The notes under the pieces were generated by a model that did not search any database, was not told the origin of the DNA, and was given only the letters and a program-made list of their open reading frames with translations. Both the position numbers and the translations under genes were made by a program. From Thalia democratica (taxonomy: Eukaryota): a DNA stretch of 64,000 nucleotides. Numbering within the stretch: position 1 is the stretch's first letter; every line of letters begins with the position of its first letter. Where the stretch lies: contig OZ241828.1 in assembly GCA_965202585.1 (NCBI GenBank), positions 33,604,001-33,668,000 on the forward strand, given 5' to 3'. Positions 51,901 to 64,000 of the stretch are shown here, piece after piece.

Positions 51901-53102
51901 AACAAATAAATAAAGATTTGTACACTAAATATCTCATTTAATTAAATACCGATTCCTTAATTTTTCTATTTGTAATGTTAATTAGTTTTTTTCTCTACGC
52001 CTCCCCCCTGACAGAATAACAATTTAATTTTATTACTTTTGTATAAATAATTTTGTAAGTCTTAAGCTATCGTCTTTTATTTTAATCAAATAAGTTTTAT
52101 CTTGTTAATATTTTTTTTTTAATTTTAAATGTTTTGTTTATGTCTGTTTTTTGTATAAACGTCTTTATTTTTATTATTTTTATTGTGTGTCTCGTTTAAG
52201 TGGCTAAGGTTTTGATGCCTGAGTCCAACATTCCACAATAAACAACATAATTAAAACAAAATTATTTTTTTTTAATTAAAACAGTTTTCGTTGTAATCTT
52301 GTAATATAGAAATTTACTAAAAGAATTAAAAATAAAAACAGTACAATGTGCTTCAAAGTACTTCATGAATTTTCATCACACTAAAGAAAATTATTTCAAG
52401 AAAAATAAAACAGTTTGTTTTGTAATCTTATTTTAAAATAAATTTACTAAAAGCTTTTAGAATTAAAGGTTTTAAACGTCTTTACTTCACTTCTATACTG
52501 TATAATAAACTTTTTTTAACTTTGTTCTAAACAAAACCAGCTTTACGTATTTTACTTTGTATATCAAATCTTTCGATAATAAAACTTTTTCTAACTTAAC
52601 TTTACTATGCTTATAATAAGAAAAACTGCTAGCTACAATTCATTGATGATAGCATTCTTCACTCAAATAAATTAATTTGAATATAATATACAGCGTTTTC
52701 CGTTTGAAAACAGTGCTATCTGAAACGTCCACAATAAATATAATGATGTGAAAGCTATAAACAGTATGATATTTGTTTACTATTAGTAAGCTTTTGACAG
52801 TGAAAGTATTTATGGAATTTATGATTTAATAAGTAATTCTTAATAACATTTAAACAGTACATAAATAGTTAATTAATTATTTTTAGAACCGTATGATTTT
52901 TTTATAGAAAATTTTTGTTTGTTAAATAAAATTATTGACTAGACTTATTTGAAATACACAGTGCCTTATTTTTAAAGCAAACAAATGTAAAACAACTTGG
53001 TAAACATTCACTCTTAACATTTATTTTTTATTTAAGCTAGTATTATTTGAAGAACATGTAATTTAAAACAATTAAAAATAAAGCATTTAAATACAATTAC
53101 CT

Positions 53103-53850
53103 GATACAGCATGGTGAACATCTTGTTTAGATATTAAAACACTTTTTTATGCGCTTTCTGTTATTCTATCAAGTAGACGTCTCCCAAAATACCAAGCAGT
53201 CTTCTTCATAACACCACTGTTTGCATAAAAAGTAATTTTGAATAGTATATGAATCACAAACATTTACAGTATGGTTTCTAGTATAGTGATACAAACATAA
53301 TAACTCTTTTGGCTTTCCCAAAATAGAAATATTTAACATTCGCTTTAAGAAGAAAAAAATTATTTATAAACATCTCAACACCAATACAAAAATGATCAGA
53401 TTAAAATTAAATAAACAAAAACTTGAGAAACGAAACAAAAAAACATTAACAAATCAACATTTAATTAAATAACATAGAGTACAAACAACCTGCATTGTCT
53501 TTGGTCCAACCCTGCTTCGTTCCTTTGCTATCGACCTCTGTTCCTTGTTCAAAGCATCATGTGCTGCGTCAGCGTCACAGTTGAATGACGTCGCAGTCGA
53601 TTGTTCCTCCATGATGTCATCGCCGCTGACGTCGTTAAAACTGGCCGCTTCCGCTGTTTTGCCGCCTCGAGCCATGGGGGTGCTGCAGGCGATGTTTAGT
53701 GCCATTTTTTTAGTGAAAGAGTCAACGCTAGGTGGCGCTGCAACTTTCGGAGTGAGATTCTCCACACCTTCTTCCGTTTTCGCTTCTTCGTTGAATGCCG
53801 GTGGAACTTCCTTGGGCGGAGAAAGCAGCTCATCTTCGGTTTATTTTTGA
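53103..53850 (-). pseudogene. Two exon-like blocks of an unidentified, probably broken gene or TE protein (about 53494-53849 and 53103-53215)
   Basis: Raised GC, TTTCAG/AACAG acceptors and CAG|GT donors. Acidic low-complexity peptide, then WCYEEDCLVFWETST** if joined in phase 0. Confidence 0.4.
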
Positions 53851-56800
53851 CTGAAAAAAAAAACTAAATTGTATAAAGATTAAATGTAACAGTAAATACT
53901 GATAGAAAAATAAATCTGAAAATGAAAAGCTGAAGGTGGTATAAGTATTAAAAAACATAACTTAACTAATCATAAGCTTTATTGAAAGAAGTCTCGGTTT
54001 TGTATAGAAAATTATTTTTGGTATGATCCGTAAAGATTATTTGACGCATTTTGTTAATTTAATGCTATTTTAAACTAGTTCTAAAGACCTTGAGATATAT
54101 AATCAAAGTTACAATACACTGAGATTGAGAAAGAACTCTTTTCACTAGAAATAGCTAAAGTACTTTATATTAAAATTTGCTTTTAAAGCGTTTTATAAAC
54201 ATGCCCAAAAGCGTGACACCAATATTTTTTAAATAAAATTAAGATTCAGACTACCTTAAACGAAATTTCTAGTTTTTTAAAGTATACGAATCGTTAAAGT
54301 GAGTATAAACATTTAATAATAAGGCTTAGTGCTTAGGTTTTAGCTGTTTTCTTTGACTCAAAGGTAAACCAGCTTATCAACATCACCAAATTTGCAATTA
54401 CATCAGAAACATCTAAAATGAACTATTGTAAATATTCATTTACATAAAATAAATGTTACAATGACTTTTTTAGTTTAACGTTTTTTATTTTGAATGTTTA
54501 AGTACGAATAACTAAGTAAAAGAAATTCCGATAAGAACAAATTTAGTAGTTTGATGATAGTTTTATATAGGAAAGTTTTAATAATAAGAAAACTATTTTC
54601 ATGCACTAGATTGACATTTAAACTTATGATGATGGAAATGTTAACTTAAAGCAGAACCATAAATGCAGTTAATTGCAAGTAACAAAAAGTAGAACTAACA
54701 CAACGCTACTTTCAACAAAAGTGGGAGCCTTGAAAGTGCTCGAAACTGCTTGCCTTTGTTTGCAGTCAATCTGTCTGCTTCAAACAGGCTGTCTGTCATT
54801 GTTTGTTACTTACTATATAACGTGTTTCAGTTACTTTGAACATTTAAACTTAAGTTAGCATAACAACTTAGTTTGCCTACGTCTATGACTTTGTCATTGG
54901 TACATTATGATTTCAACAAGTTGATTGCACATTGTGCAGAATCTACACTGCATTGTGAATACTAGCGAAGTGTGCCTACTATTACAGAATACATACTATT
55001 GCTACGACGAATTAGAATTTATTCAGCATAACTGAAAAAACTCGTTAAATTTACTACATTTTAAAAGTATAACAACTTTTATTATTAATAAAATCTCTTT
55101 TTTCTGAATGTTTGTATTTAGATTTGAAATACTAATTAATATTTACGACACTAGTTATAAACACATTAAGTTTCAAACTAATTAAACTAATTAGAAATTA
55201 ATCTAAAATATATCTCCTATAAAAAATTTAAAACAAAAAAAATCTAATTATTCATAATAGTTATCTAAAATTAAATCAATATATTTAACCACAGTTATAA
55301 AAAAGACATGCTAACAAAAATCACTTTAAATTGTTAAAACAATATGCAATTTCAGAATTAATCAAGAAAACGATTATATTCAGTAAAATATATGATTTGT
55401 TAACAGATTAGTTTAGTAGCAAGTTAGATTCTTAATAGTCTTAAAAAATATTTTAAAATAATAAACATAATCAATAAAGTTGTAAAAAAGGAAGATACTA
55501 ATCACAGAGAAATATTACTCATTTAGTTTTATAAAATAAAAATTAAGAACTAAACAAAAGTATAGTATCAAAAATTAAGATAAAATTTATAAGATATAAG
55601 TCAAACAAGCAACATCTATATAATTAAAATCTTAAATTAAAAAGTCAATTTAAGTGCATGCTATAAGTCAATCCGCTTGAAAAATAAAGTTAGTAAATCT
55701 ACTTAAATAACTAAGTGATCAAGCAAACATTTTAAAAATAAATTGCTTTGTGCAAGCACAAAAACAGTGATCTGAAAGGAAACACAAAATCATTACTAAA
55801 TAAAAAAATTAAATATTTAAAATTTCGAAGTTTTTTTATAACCAACAATAGTATTAAACCTAATAGCTATGAACCTAGTTATTACAAGTGAAACTAAACT
55901 AAGTATTTTTGTTAAGAAATTAGTTCAGTAAAATTTTAAATTACACCTGGTTATTAATAAAAAAACTTTAGCTAATATGTATTACAACCAGCTCATGCTC
56001 AGTGAGAACCATGCCAATTATTTACCACTCTTTAGAACCAACCAATAGACACTTGCGGTGGTGTTGCCATCTTGCGATGAAAAATTCTCGTCAGTATCAA
56101 GCGAACTCTTGGCAGACTTGGACGAAATCTCTTCGGTTTCCCTCCCTCGTCCCTATGACGTCCGAGCTCAGGCAACTTTCTGGCGGGGATGGCAGTAAGT
56201 AAGTTTGATGACGTCATAATAGAGGCTACGGGTTGGGAGAAAAAAGAAAAATATTGGCGCATTTATTACAAGTCGTTTATTCTATGAAACTAAGATCCCC
56301 AAGTAAGATGCCGTTTAAGTTTAAAATTTGCAAAAGTTTTTTTTTTAGTGTATTGTGTATAAAACTAAAAATTAAAATAACTGTTTACCTAATATTACGT
56401 AAGTCGTTCATTAAGTTATCTTTTATATAAAGCTTTTTAACAAAATAATTACTTTATAAATACAATCCAAAATGACGATGTGTTTCAACAAGTTTGTTTA
56501 CTTAAAAGCATGTTTATAGTATTTATTTTTTGTAAAGTTTATTTTTTAGCAAAAATTTAATGATATTTGGGCTGTAAAAAACTATTTCTAAACTTAATTT
56601 TATTTTAAAAGTTAGATTGCATATTATATATCATTATATTTAAATATTTTGATCCAATAACACATTTAATTAAGATAACTTCCCTCAAAATTAAGGTACT
56701 AGTTTGGTTAACTGTTAAAATATTTTTTTTATATTCTGGTAGTTTCAAATGAAATCTAGTCAGCCTAAGACAGTTATAATACCAACAGAGTAAAAGCTAC

Positions 56801-57959
56801 CCATCATTAGTAAAAATCAATATTAAGATTTTATATACTGTTTTTTTTCAAGGTATGTTATCTTATTTGATTTAATTGCGAAACTATAAAATCAATTTAA
56901 AAAAAAAAGCAACTTAAATCAACCAACTATATTCTTTGGTGAAGGGCACCGACACAAGACACTCACAATAAGTAGAAGGGGAATCCCAGAACTAGGCAGC
57001 GAACATGAAGACAGTGTGGGGGAGGGAACAAGCTACAACAGGAACAAGTGCAATCCTTCCTTGCGAACCTGTGTGTGGGGATTGAAAAAATTGGGGAGTT
57101 TACATCGTGAAATTAGACTTTAAAATACTTGGAGTTTACTGGTTGATTAATTTATTAAAGTTGTTAAAAATGAACTTGGTAAGTTGGAACATGATAAGTT
57201 CAATTCAAATTGAAACAATAAGTCTTTAAAGTTGAAACAAAAATATTAGCCATTTATGGCAATTTATTGATATTATTAAAAAATTAAGAATTATTGTGAC
57301 TCGCAGTCAACGAGTTTTGAAAGTGGAGCAGCTTTTTGATTAAAATTGAAATTTTTTGTTGGTTTTTTTCTAAATAACTAATTTTGAGATTTTAAACAAT
57401 TTCAATATTAAATTGGTTACAATAGATAGTGGTTAGTTTTTATAAATAGTGTTTTAATTAGAATAAATTTAAATTTTTGAAATAGTTCTGTAAAAACCAC
57501 AAAAAATAAATTCAAAACTGACCAATACTTTGATAGTGCCATCTGAAACGGATGAGATCAATTTAGCAATATTTGCTGTGAAAAATAATTACTTTGATAG
57601 AATTTAAAAAAAAAACAATGTACTAAAAAGTATAATTCAGTTTATACTTTTCATAAAAAATAACAATAAATAATAACTTCACAATACAATGAAAATAGCT
57701 ATTAAATAATTATTTTTAGCTAGCTATAATATTGTAAAAAGAATTAATGAGTTAAGGTTACAAACGTTTGCGCTAAAAACACATTCTTCAATTATTGTAT
57801 ATAGGAAAATTTCATATATATAATTATTAAAAAAATATAGCTGAATGGAAGTTCACTAACATTAATACTAAAAACGCATGGCAAAATTTCTAACTAAATC
57901 TTTATAGAAAAACTAATCAAATAAATTAAATAAAGGAAATTAAATAGTTTGTTTTATTA

Positions 57960-58712
57960 TTAATCTTCATTAGGAGTATGATCATTACTACTTTGTTGCT
58001 CATTGACTTGATAGTTTACATCATGTGGATGGTAACTTACTCGAACATTAATACCAGGTACAGGATGGATTGCTTGAGAGGTCTCACTAGTTTGAAAATT
58101 AGACAAACTAATGTTGATACTAGGTACAGGATGAATTGCTTGAGAAGTGACACTAACAGGAAAATTAGACAAACTTATGTTGATACTAGGTACAGGATGA
58201 ATTGCTTGAGATGTGACACTAATTGGAAAGTTAGTGAAACCAATGTTGACATTAGGTACAAGATTAGGTGCTTGAGAGTTTATATCATCAGCTTGATTGT
58301 CAGTTGTTTGTTCTTCAGTATCAGGTTGAATTTCAAGCATGTGTTGTACCACATCAGGAGGATTCACAGTAACCTGCTCATCAACGCCTTGTTGAGTTTC
58401 AATCATGTGATCTTGCTGGGGAACTGGTTGTTTTTGTTTTTCTCTTTCCAATTCTTCTATCATCATTTCTTGATCATAATCAGTGGCTGGGATGACTATC
58501 TTTACTTTTGTATCTTTTAAGGTAACATAACCATTTTTCATTAACTGGGCGGCTTCAGTGACAGTTTTTAATGTTACATAAGAATATTTGTCATTTACTT
58601 GAATGCTTTCTGCATTAGGAAAAACTTTATTTAGTTCCTCTTTATCAATGCCTTGTACTGTACCTTTATAAATCCTAATTCTTCTATTCATTGGATAAAC
58701 TTTGCGTTTCAT
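57960..58712 (-). CDS. RRM-like domain protein with a Q/P-rich linker and 22-aa repeats (250 aa)
   Basis: Uninterrupted ATG-TAA ORF in very AT-rich DNA. N-terminal RRM-like pattern (ELNKVFPNAESIQV...KYSYVTLKTVTEA). Acceptor TTATTTTAG about 16 nt upstream of the ATG. Confidence 0.72.
   Translation of the reverse strand: MKRKVYPMNRRIRIYKGTVQGIDKEELNKVFPNAESIQVNDKYSYVTLKTVTEAAQLMKNGYVTLKDTKVKIVIPATDYDQEMMIEELEREKQKQPVPQQDHMIETQQGVDEQVTVNPPDVVQHMLEIQPDTEEQTTDNQADDINSQAPNLVPNVNIGFTNFPISVTSQAIHPVPSINISLSNFPVSVTSQAIHPVPSINISLSNFQTSETSQAIHPVPGINVRVSYHPHDVNYQVNEQQSSNDHTPNED
58030..58277 (-). repeat. 66-bp coding tandem repeat (SQAIHPVPSINISLSNFPVSVT, about 4 copies)
   Basis: aggtaca(gg) recurs about every 66 bp, near 58056, 58122, 58188 and 58254. 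Confidence 0.9.
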
Positions 58713-58790
58713 TTTTAACTTATTTACCTAAAATAAGGGAGTAAAAGATTTTTTATGATAATTATTATTGATTTAAAATTTAAAGTATTG

Positions 58791-59471
58791 AGGGCATACG
58801 GAGATCCACGTTGATTTTTACAAGTTAATCTTATTTTATAGAATTTGATCTGAGCTGTCAGACATTCATGACCGCCTGAAAAAATTCAAAGTTATTATTT
58901 AGATACAACAATCAAAAATGTTGACCTCAATAGGTTCCTAATGGGGTGTGCTAGCTAAAAACACAAAAAAAAGACCATTTAATAAAAATTCTATCTCCTC
59001 CTTCATTATTTTAAGCAAATTTCTTTAAATTTTCACAGAAAGTCTATCATTAAACTTTAAAAAGATCAACTGCAGGATTTCTTTTATGGAAGTAAAATTT
59101 TTATAAGAAAATTACCTATTATTTTTGTTTTTATTCAATTTTTTTCTATTTTTTAATATATTTTAAATCACAACACTCCAATTCTTTTAAATTATAAAAG
59201 GATTTTCTTCTGAAAGTCTCTAGCTCGAAAAGTAAAGGAGAAGATAAATGTTTAGTGGTTTTTTAAATTTCCAAGAAAGTTGACACCAAAAAAATTTACA
59301 GTAATTTACAGTATTTTTGTATAGAAGACTTTTATTAAAATTAAAATATCTCAAAAGTTAAATAAAATATTTATTCCAAAAAAAAATGGCTTGTAGTTTG
59401 CATTTCAAGCTTTTATATAAGATCCAAAGTTATTTTCAGTTAAAATAAATGTTGGACCCCCTTTATGCCCT
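58791..59471. mobile_element. MITE of the AGGGCATA...TATGCCCT family
   Basis: Inverted ends agggcatacggag / ccccctttatgccct, flanked by TTG on the left and TAA on the right. Confidence 0.75.
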
Positions 59472-59729
59472 TAACTAGATATCAATTTTTATTAAACATA
59501 AAAATTTAATTTTTACTTGTAATGAATACTTGCATTATTTGTTGTTTAAACGTTCAGCTCAAGAAAGTATTTAGAGTTTGATACGTTTGATTGCACGAGC
59601 CAGACAACAAACGGCCATATTTGTACACTGACGAAATGTTTTAAACTAAATACTGATGCAACAAAACATCAAAACATGACATACAGTTTTCATGTAAGCA
59701 GTGAGTCAGTTAGTAGGGTGTGCAGCTTG

Positions 59730-61150
59730 AAGCAACAACTTATATTGAACTTATTTGTGAATGTTAATTGTAAGTATTGTTTTGTTTTAAAGTAAATATT
59801 TCAACTAGTGTTTAATTTTTTAAATATTTTAGCCAGGTTTATAGTTTAATAGTTTATTAAACCTCTTACAGTTATTTGTTTACTAAATATTTTATTTAAT
59901 TTTTAGTTTATTGTTTTAAGTCTTTTGATATAGATTTAAAAAGCTTTCACTTTTTAAAGTGTTATCATAGTAATTTATAATTTTTCTATATGCTTGTAAT
60001 TCTTGTTTTTTATATTAAAGATTCATCACTCCAAACTATCTTGTTTGATTTATATTAAGGGCATAGGGGAGGGGGGGGGGGTAAACACCCTTTTTAATTT
60101 TTGATCTTATTTTATATATTTTTGCTAAGCTACAAAATTCTTTTTACAGATTAAAAAACTCCAAAATAATTTTTGAGATATAGCCGGTCAAAGTCGGAGG
60201 CAACAATAAGTTCTTTATAGGAGGCAAAAACTAAAACAGCAAAAATAGACTATTTCACTAAAAATCTATCTTCTCCTACGTTTTTTGAGATAACTACCTG
60301 AAATTTTCAGGAAATGTTCCTTGATATATTTAGAAAACTCTGTCGGAAGGAACTTTTCAAAACTTAAAAAATAAAAATTTTATATAAAAAATAAACAAAA
60401 AAAAAAAAGCTTTTTTTTTTGTATATTTTTTATATAAAATTTTTATTTTTTAAGTTACAAAAAATTGAAAAAAGCTTTTTTTTTTGTTTATTTTTTATAT
60501 AAAATTTTTATTTTTTAAGTTTTGAAAAGTTCCTTCCGACAGAGTTTTCTAAATATATCAAGGAACATTTCCTGAAAATTTCAGGTAGTTATCTCAAAAA
60601 ACGTAGGAGAAGATAGATTTTTAGTGAAATAGTCTATTTTTGCTGTTTTAGTTTTTGCCTCCTATAAAGAACTTATTGTTGCCTCCGACTTTGACCGGCT
60701 ATATCTCAAAAATTATTTTGGAGTTTTTTAATCTGTAAAAAGAATTTTGTAGCTTAGCAAAAATATATAAAATAAGATCAAAAATTAAAAAGGGTGTTTA
60801 CCCCCCCCCTCCCCTATGCCCTTAATATAAATCAAACAAGATAGTTTGGAGTGATGAATCTTTAATATAAAAAACAAGAATTACAAGCATATAGAAAAAT
60901 TATAAATTACTATGATAACACTTTAAAAAGTGAAAGCTATTTAAATCTATATCAAAAGTCTTAAAACAATAAACTAAAAATTAAATAAAATATTTAGTAA
61001 ACAAATAACTGTAAGAGGTTTAATAAACTATTAAACTATAAACCTGGCTAAAATATTTAAAAAATTAAACACTAGTTGAAATATTTACTTTAAAACAAAA
61101 CAATACTTACAATTAACATTCACAAATAAGTTCAATATAAGCTGTTGCTT
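59730..61150. repeat. Near-perfect palindrome, arms about 59730-60416 and 60468-61150
   Basis: Right arm is the reverse complement of the left with only a few mismatches seen. Inner part (60058-60822) is an AGGGCATA-family element. No TSD at the outer ends. Confidence 0.95.
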
Positions 61151-61152
61151 GT

Positions 61153-61620
61153 TTGTTTTATCTTCATATCCTGTATTGTATATCTGTTTGGGGTGGTGCT
61201 GCTAGTTGTCTTTTGAAACCAATTGTTTGTTTGCAAAAAAAAAAAATTTCAAGATATGTTTGTCGTGTACCTGCACTGACTCCAACAAATTCATTGTTTT
61301 TAAAAACTGGTATTCTGAAATTTAATGAGGTGTTTAATTTGCTAGTTTGTAAGTTGATGCTGAATACTTTGAGAGGATTTGAGGTTGACCACAGTTGTTT
61401 TACTCCAGTAAGTATGATTCATACACACTATACAAGACATTCAAAAAATAATAATTTGTTATTGAAAGACCTAGAACACAATTTGGCTTAAACTCCTTCA
61501 AGTTTTCGGCCCTAAATTGTGGTCTAGTGATTAAGAAACTTTTAAAAACCTAAAAAAAGATCAGTTTAAATATAGTTACAAAAAATTCTTATTGAGCTAG
61601 TATACTGAATAGGTTTAGAG
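61153..61620 (+). mobile_element. L2-clade LINE ORF2 3' fragment
   Basis: YLHILYCISVWGGA....LKPIVCLQKK.SR.V....LKFNEVFNLLVCKLM....H.HYTR is a typical L2/Crack C-terminus. 5'-truncated at the palindrome edge. Confidence 0.85.
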
Positions 61621-62711
61621 TGCTGTGGTTGAGTATTTTGTGTTGCATGCAGATTTTGATTAATTGCTTTTGGTTGATATTTTTATCTGTTTCTCTTAAT
61701 ATATGTATGGTCAATTTTGTTTGTGTCTACTCTGATCATGATTGGCTGGATTTTGTCTGTTGATGGAGAAATATATTGTATGGTTGTGCGTGATTGTTTA
61801 TTTGCTACTATCCAGTTTTTATTATATTTTTGTTATACTTATTTGTTAGCTGTATATATTAATTATTATTGCATAAATACAAGTTTTTTTCTTCTTACTT
61901 TTACTAGACTAAAATTAATTCTACCAATACAAGTTTCAGAAACTACATTTTTCTTAATATTTTTTTTTTCTAATATAGCTTAATTTCTAGATTTTTTTCT
62001 TAGTACCATTTCAGTAAATTAGTTAGTTATCAAGCTTTAAGATAGTTATTTAATGCTAATGTATTTATTATAATACTAGTTTTATGCATTTGCTCAACAG
62101 CTGATTGTGAGTTCACTTTGGTGGCAGTGATCACATGATTGGATTGTTGGTGTGATTATTTTTTTGTTGTAGTGACGGTGAGCACCTACTTAGGGATTTG
62201 AGCTTTAAGATTTTCCCACACTTTGTAGTTTTTAGTGTTGAGATTTTAGCCTTGTGAGTGTTCTCCAAATGGCGTGTCACCAAGGATTTTTATTTTTATT
62301 TGTTTAACATATAGTTTTTTGTTTATTTTATTTTTGAATAGTTAAATTTAAATTTTAATGAGGCAGATAAAATTACAAATGATGTAACACACTCACTTTT
62401 CCCCAGAAAACATTTATTGTTGCAAGGGGTAGAGTTTAAGACTGATATAATTTTACCATAAAAAAATAGAGAAAAAAATAAATCAATATATAAAATAAAA
62501 CTGATTTTTTTTGTTTTTTCATAGAATTTTTATTTTTCTTTAATTTTTTTTAATTTATTTCTGCCAGAATTTTTTAATTATTCTAAGTAATATTTCTAAA
62601 AGTTTGATGTATATATTTCAAATAAAGCAGGATATAGATTTTAAATGATTTCTGGTTATTTGTCATTTAAATGTGTGCCTCCATAATGAACCTATTGCTG
62701 GATCTAACTGA

Positions 62712-62837
62712 CTTTGACCCGGCTATATCTCAAAAATTATTTTAAGTTAAAAAATATGTAAAAAGCATTTTGTAGCCTACTTAAAACCCAATAAAGTAAG
62801 ATTAAACTGTAAAAAGGTGGTGTACTCCCCATACCCT
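62712..62837. mobile_element. Right-end fragment of the AGGGCATA-family element
   Basis: Matches 60690-60822 (ttgac.cggctatatctcaaaaattattt...cccc.at.cccttaa). Confidence 0.7.
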
Positions 62838-63179
62838 TAAAATTGTTTATAATTTTAGATTTTCCAGGTTTTAAAGTGATTTCTGTTCAAAATTTTAAAT
62901 TTTTTTCATAATTTTTCAAATCCCAGGTTAAGTGTTCACCCTGTATCCCGAGTGTGTACCCTGTTTTTTGTTTAATGTATGGTTTTTATTTAACAATATT
63001 AATTTCTTAAAATGTTTCCTAATTTAAAATTCAAGTAGATAAATACTATTTCAGCTCGATTTATCTTAAGATATATTATCTTATATCTAATTCATGTGTC
63101 AAGGTTTTGATTTCACAAATAATTTGCTCCAAACTATTAGGTTATTTTTAATTATAAAATTTTTACACTATTCTTTGCT

Positions 63180-63209
63180 AAGAAAGAAAGAAAGAAAGAA
63201 AGAAAAAAA
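63180..63209 (+). repeat. (AAAG)n microsatellite
   Basis: aagaaagaaagaaagaaagaaagaaaaaaa. Confidence 0.8.
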
Positions 63210-64000
63210 AGTGAACGCTCACAACTATAGTCAATGGATTGGTGTGGAGAAAGACCTTTCGGTCATCGACCCTCACACCATATATGTATAAATAACTTTG
63301 ATAAGTTTTATTTAAAACTTTGATAAAATCTAATTTTAAGTTAAATACGATTTTTTTTTTAACTTAAACTAATTAAAGAAATTAATTCTTAAAGGATAAA
63401 AATGGTATGCACTCTTTTTTAAACCCATTACTGCCAATATTAACCATGAAAATCATAGTCTACCATGGGCACCACACCGTCTCCTCCCAAAGATTTCAAT
63501 TTTTATGATCATGTACGTTCACATTTTTCTTGTTGCCCTTTCTACAAGAGCAACCCTGAAAAATGTAATAAAAAGGTCAATAGTAGAACAAAAAGGGAGA
63601 AGTTGTGAAAATGCTATAACTAACATAATTTCTTTTTCTAAAACTAAATGTGTTTAAAAAAGAAAACAAAAATAAGAAAAAGACTTAACAACTACTAAGT
63701 AAATAAAAAATTAATTGGTAATTCTCACTTACAAATAAAAATAAACAAAGTAAGTTTCAACTATACCTGTTCAAAAACCCTGTTACTCTAAAACATACTC
63801 AACAATTGTTTTAAAAATTTTTTAAATAATAATAACTAAATAAAAATAATAATAATACTTAATTATAAACTCAAATAAAAAAAAATTAAGTTAGTAAATA
63901 AAAACTGCTTGTTCAAAAACTATACCAGAGACCAAATCAACTCTGCTCACACCCAGCCAACACAGCTACCATTGATTTTTCTCAAAAAAATAAATAGAGA

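Noticed and set aside
53545-53850. Plus-strand 101-aa ORF
   Set aside because: The splice signals are on the minus strand; this looks like its antisense shadow.
57978-58520. Plus-strand 180-aa ORF
   Set aside because: Antisense shadow of the RRM ORF, kept open by the 66-bp repeat.
6912-63291. Numerous 60-95 aa F/I/K/L/N/Y-rich ORFs in the track (e.g. 6912, 10874, 16874, 19067, 30930, 41558, 44001, 61717, 63094)
   Set aside because: Their composition is what AT-rich noncoding DNA produces, with alternative start codons and no motifs or splice support.

Overview
Very AT-rich (about 25% GC by eye), intron-rich animal genomic DNA. The repeat families and gene content resemble Hydra or another hydrozoan, but that is inference. 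No rRNA, tRNA or CRISPR array was seen. Two ORFs look intact: a divergent SEC61-gamma with no intron in its CDS (7233-7436, -) and a single-exon RRM-like ORF with 22-aa repeats (57960-58712, -). Most other genes look broken. These are a BACK-Kelch gene with one in-frame TAA (12859-16493, +), a SEL1L3-like unprocessed pseudogene of at least 17 exons (34603-49007, -), a Cys-rich repeated-module pseudogene (31082-33742, -), and coiled-coil and LRR-like relics (1-6450). Mobile DNA includes a head-to-head inverted pair of Penelope-like elements, a further Penelope relic, hammerhead-like motifs, CR1/L2 LINE fragments, hAT and pogo/Tigger derivatives, and GG/GGG-ended foldback MITEs with 8-9 bp TSDs. 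One of those MITEs sits inside a SEL1L3 exon. A near-perfect 1.42 kb palindrome lies at 59730-61150. Exon models, alignments and family calls were made by eye from remembered consensus sequences; no database search was run.
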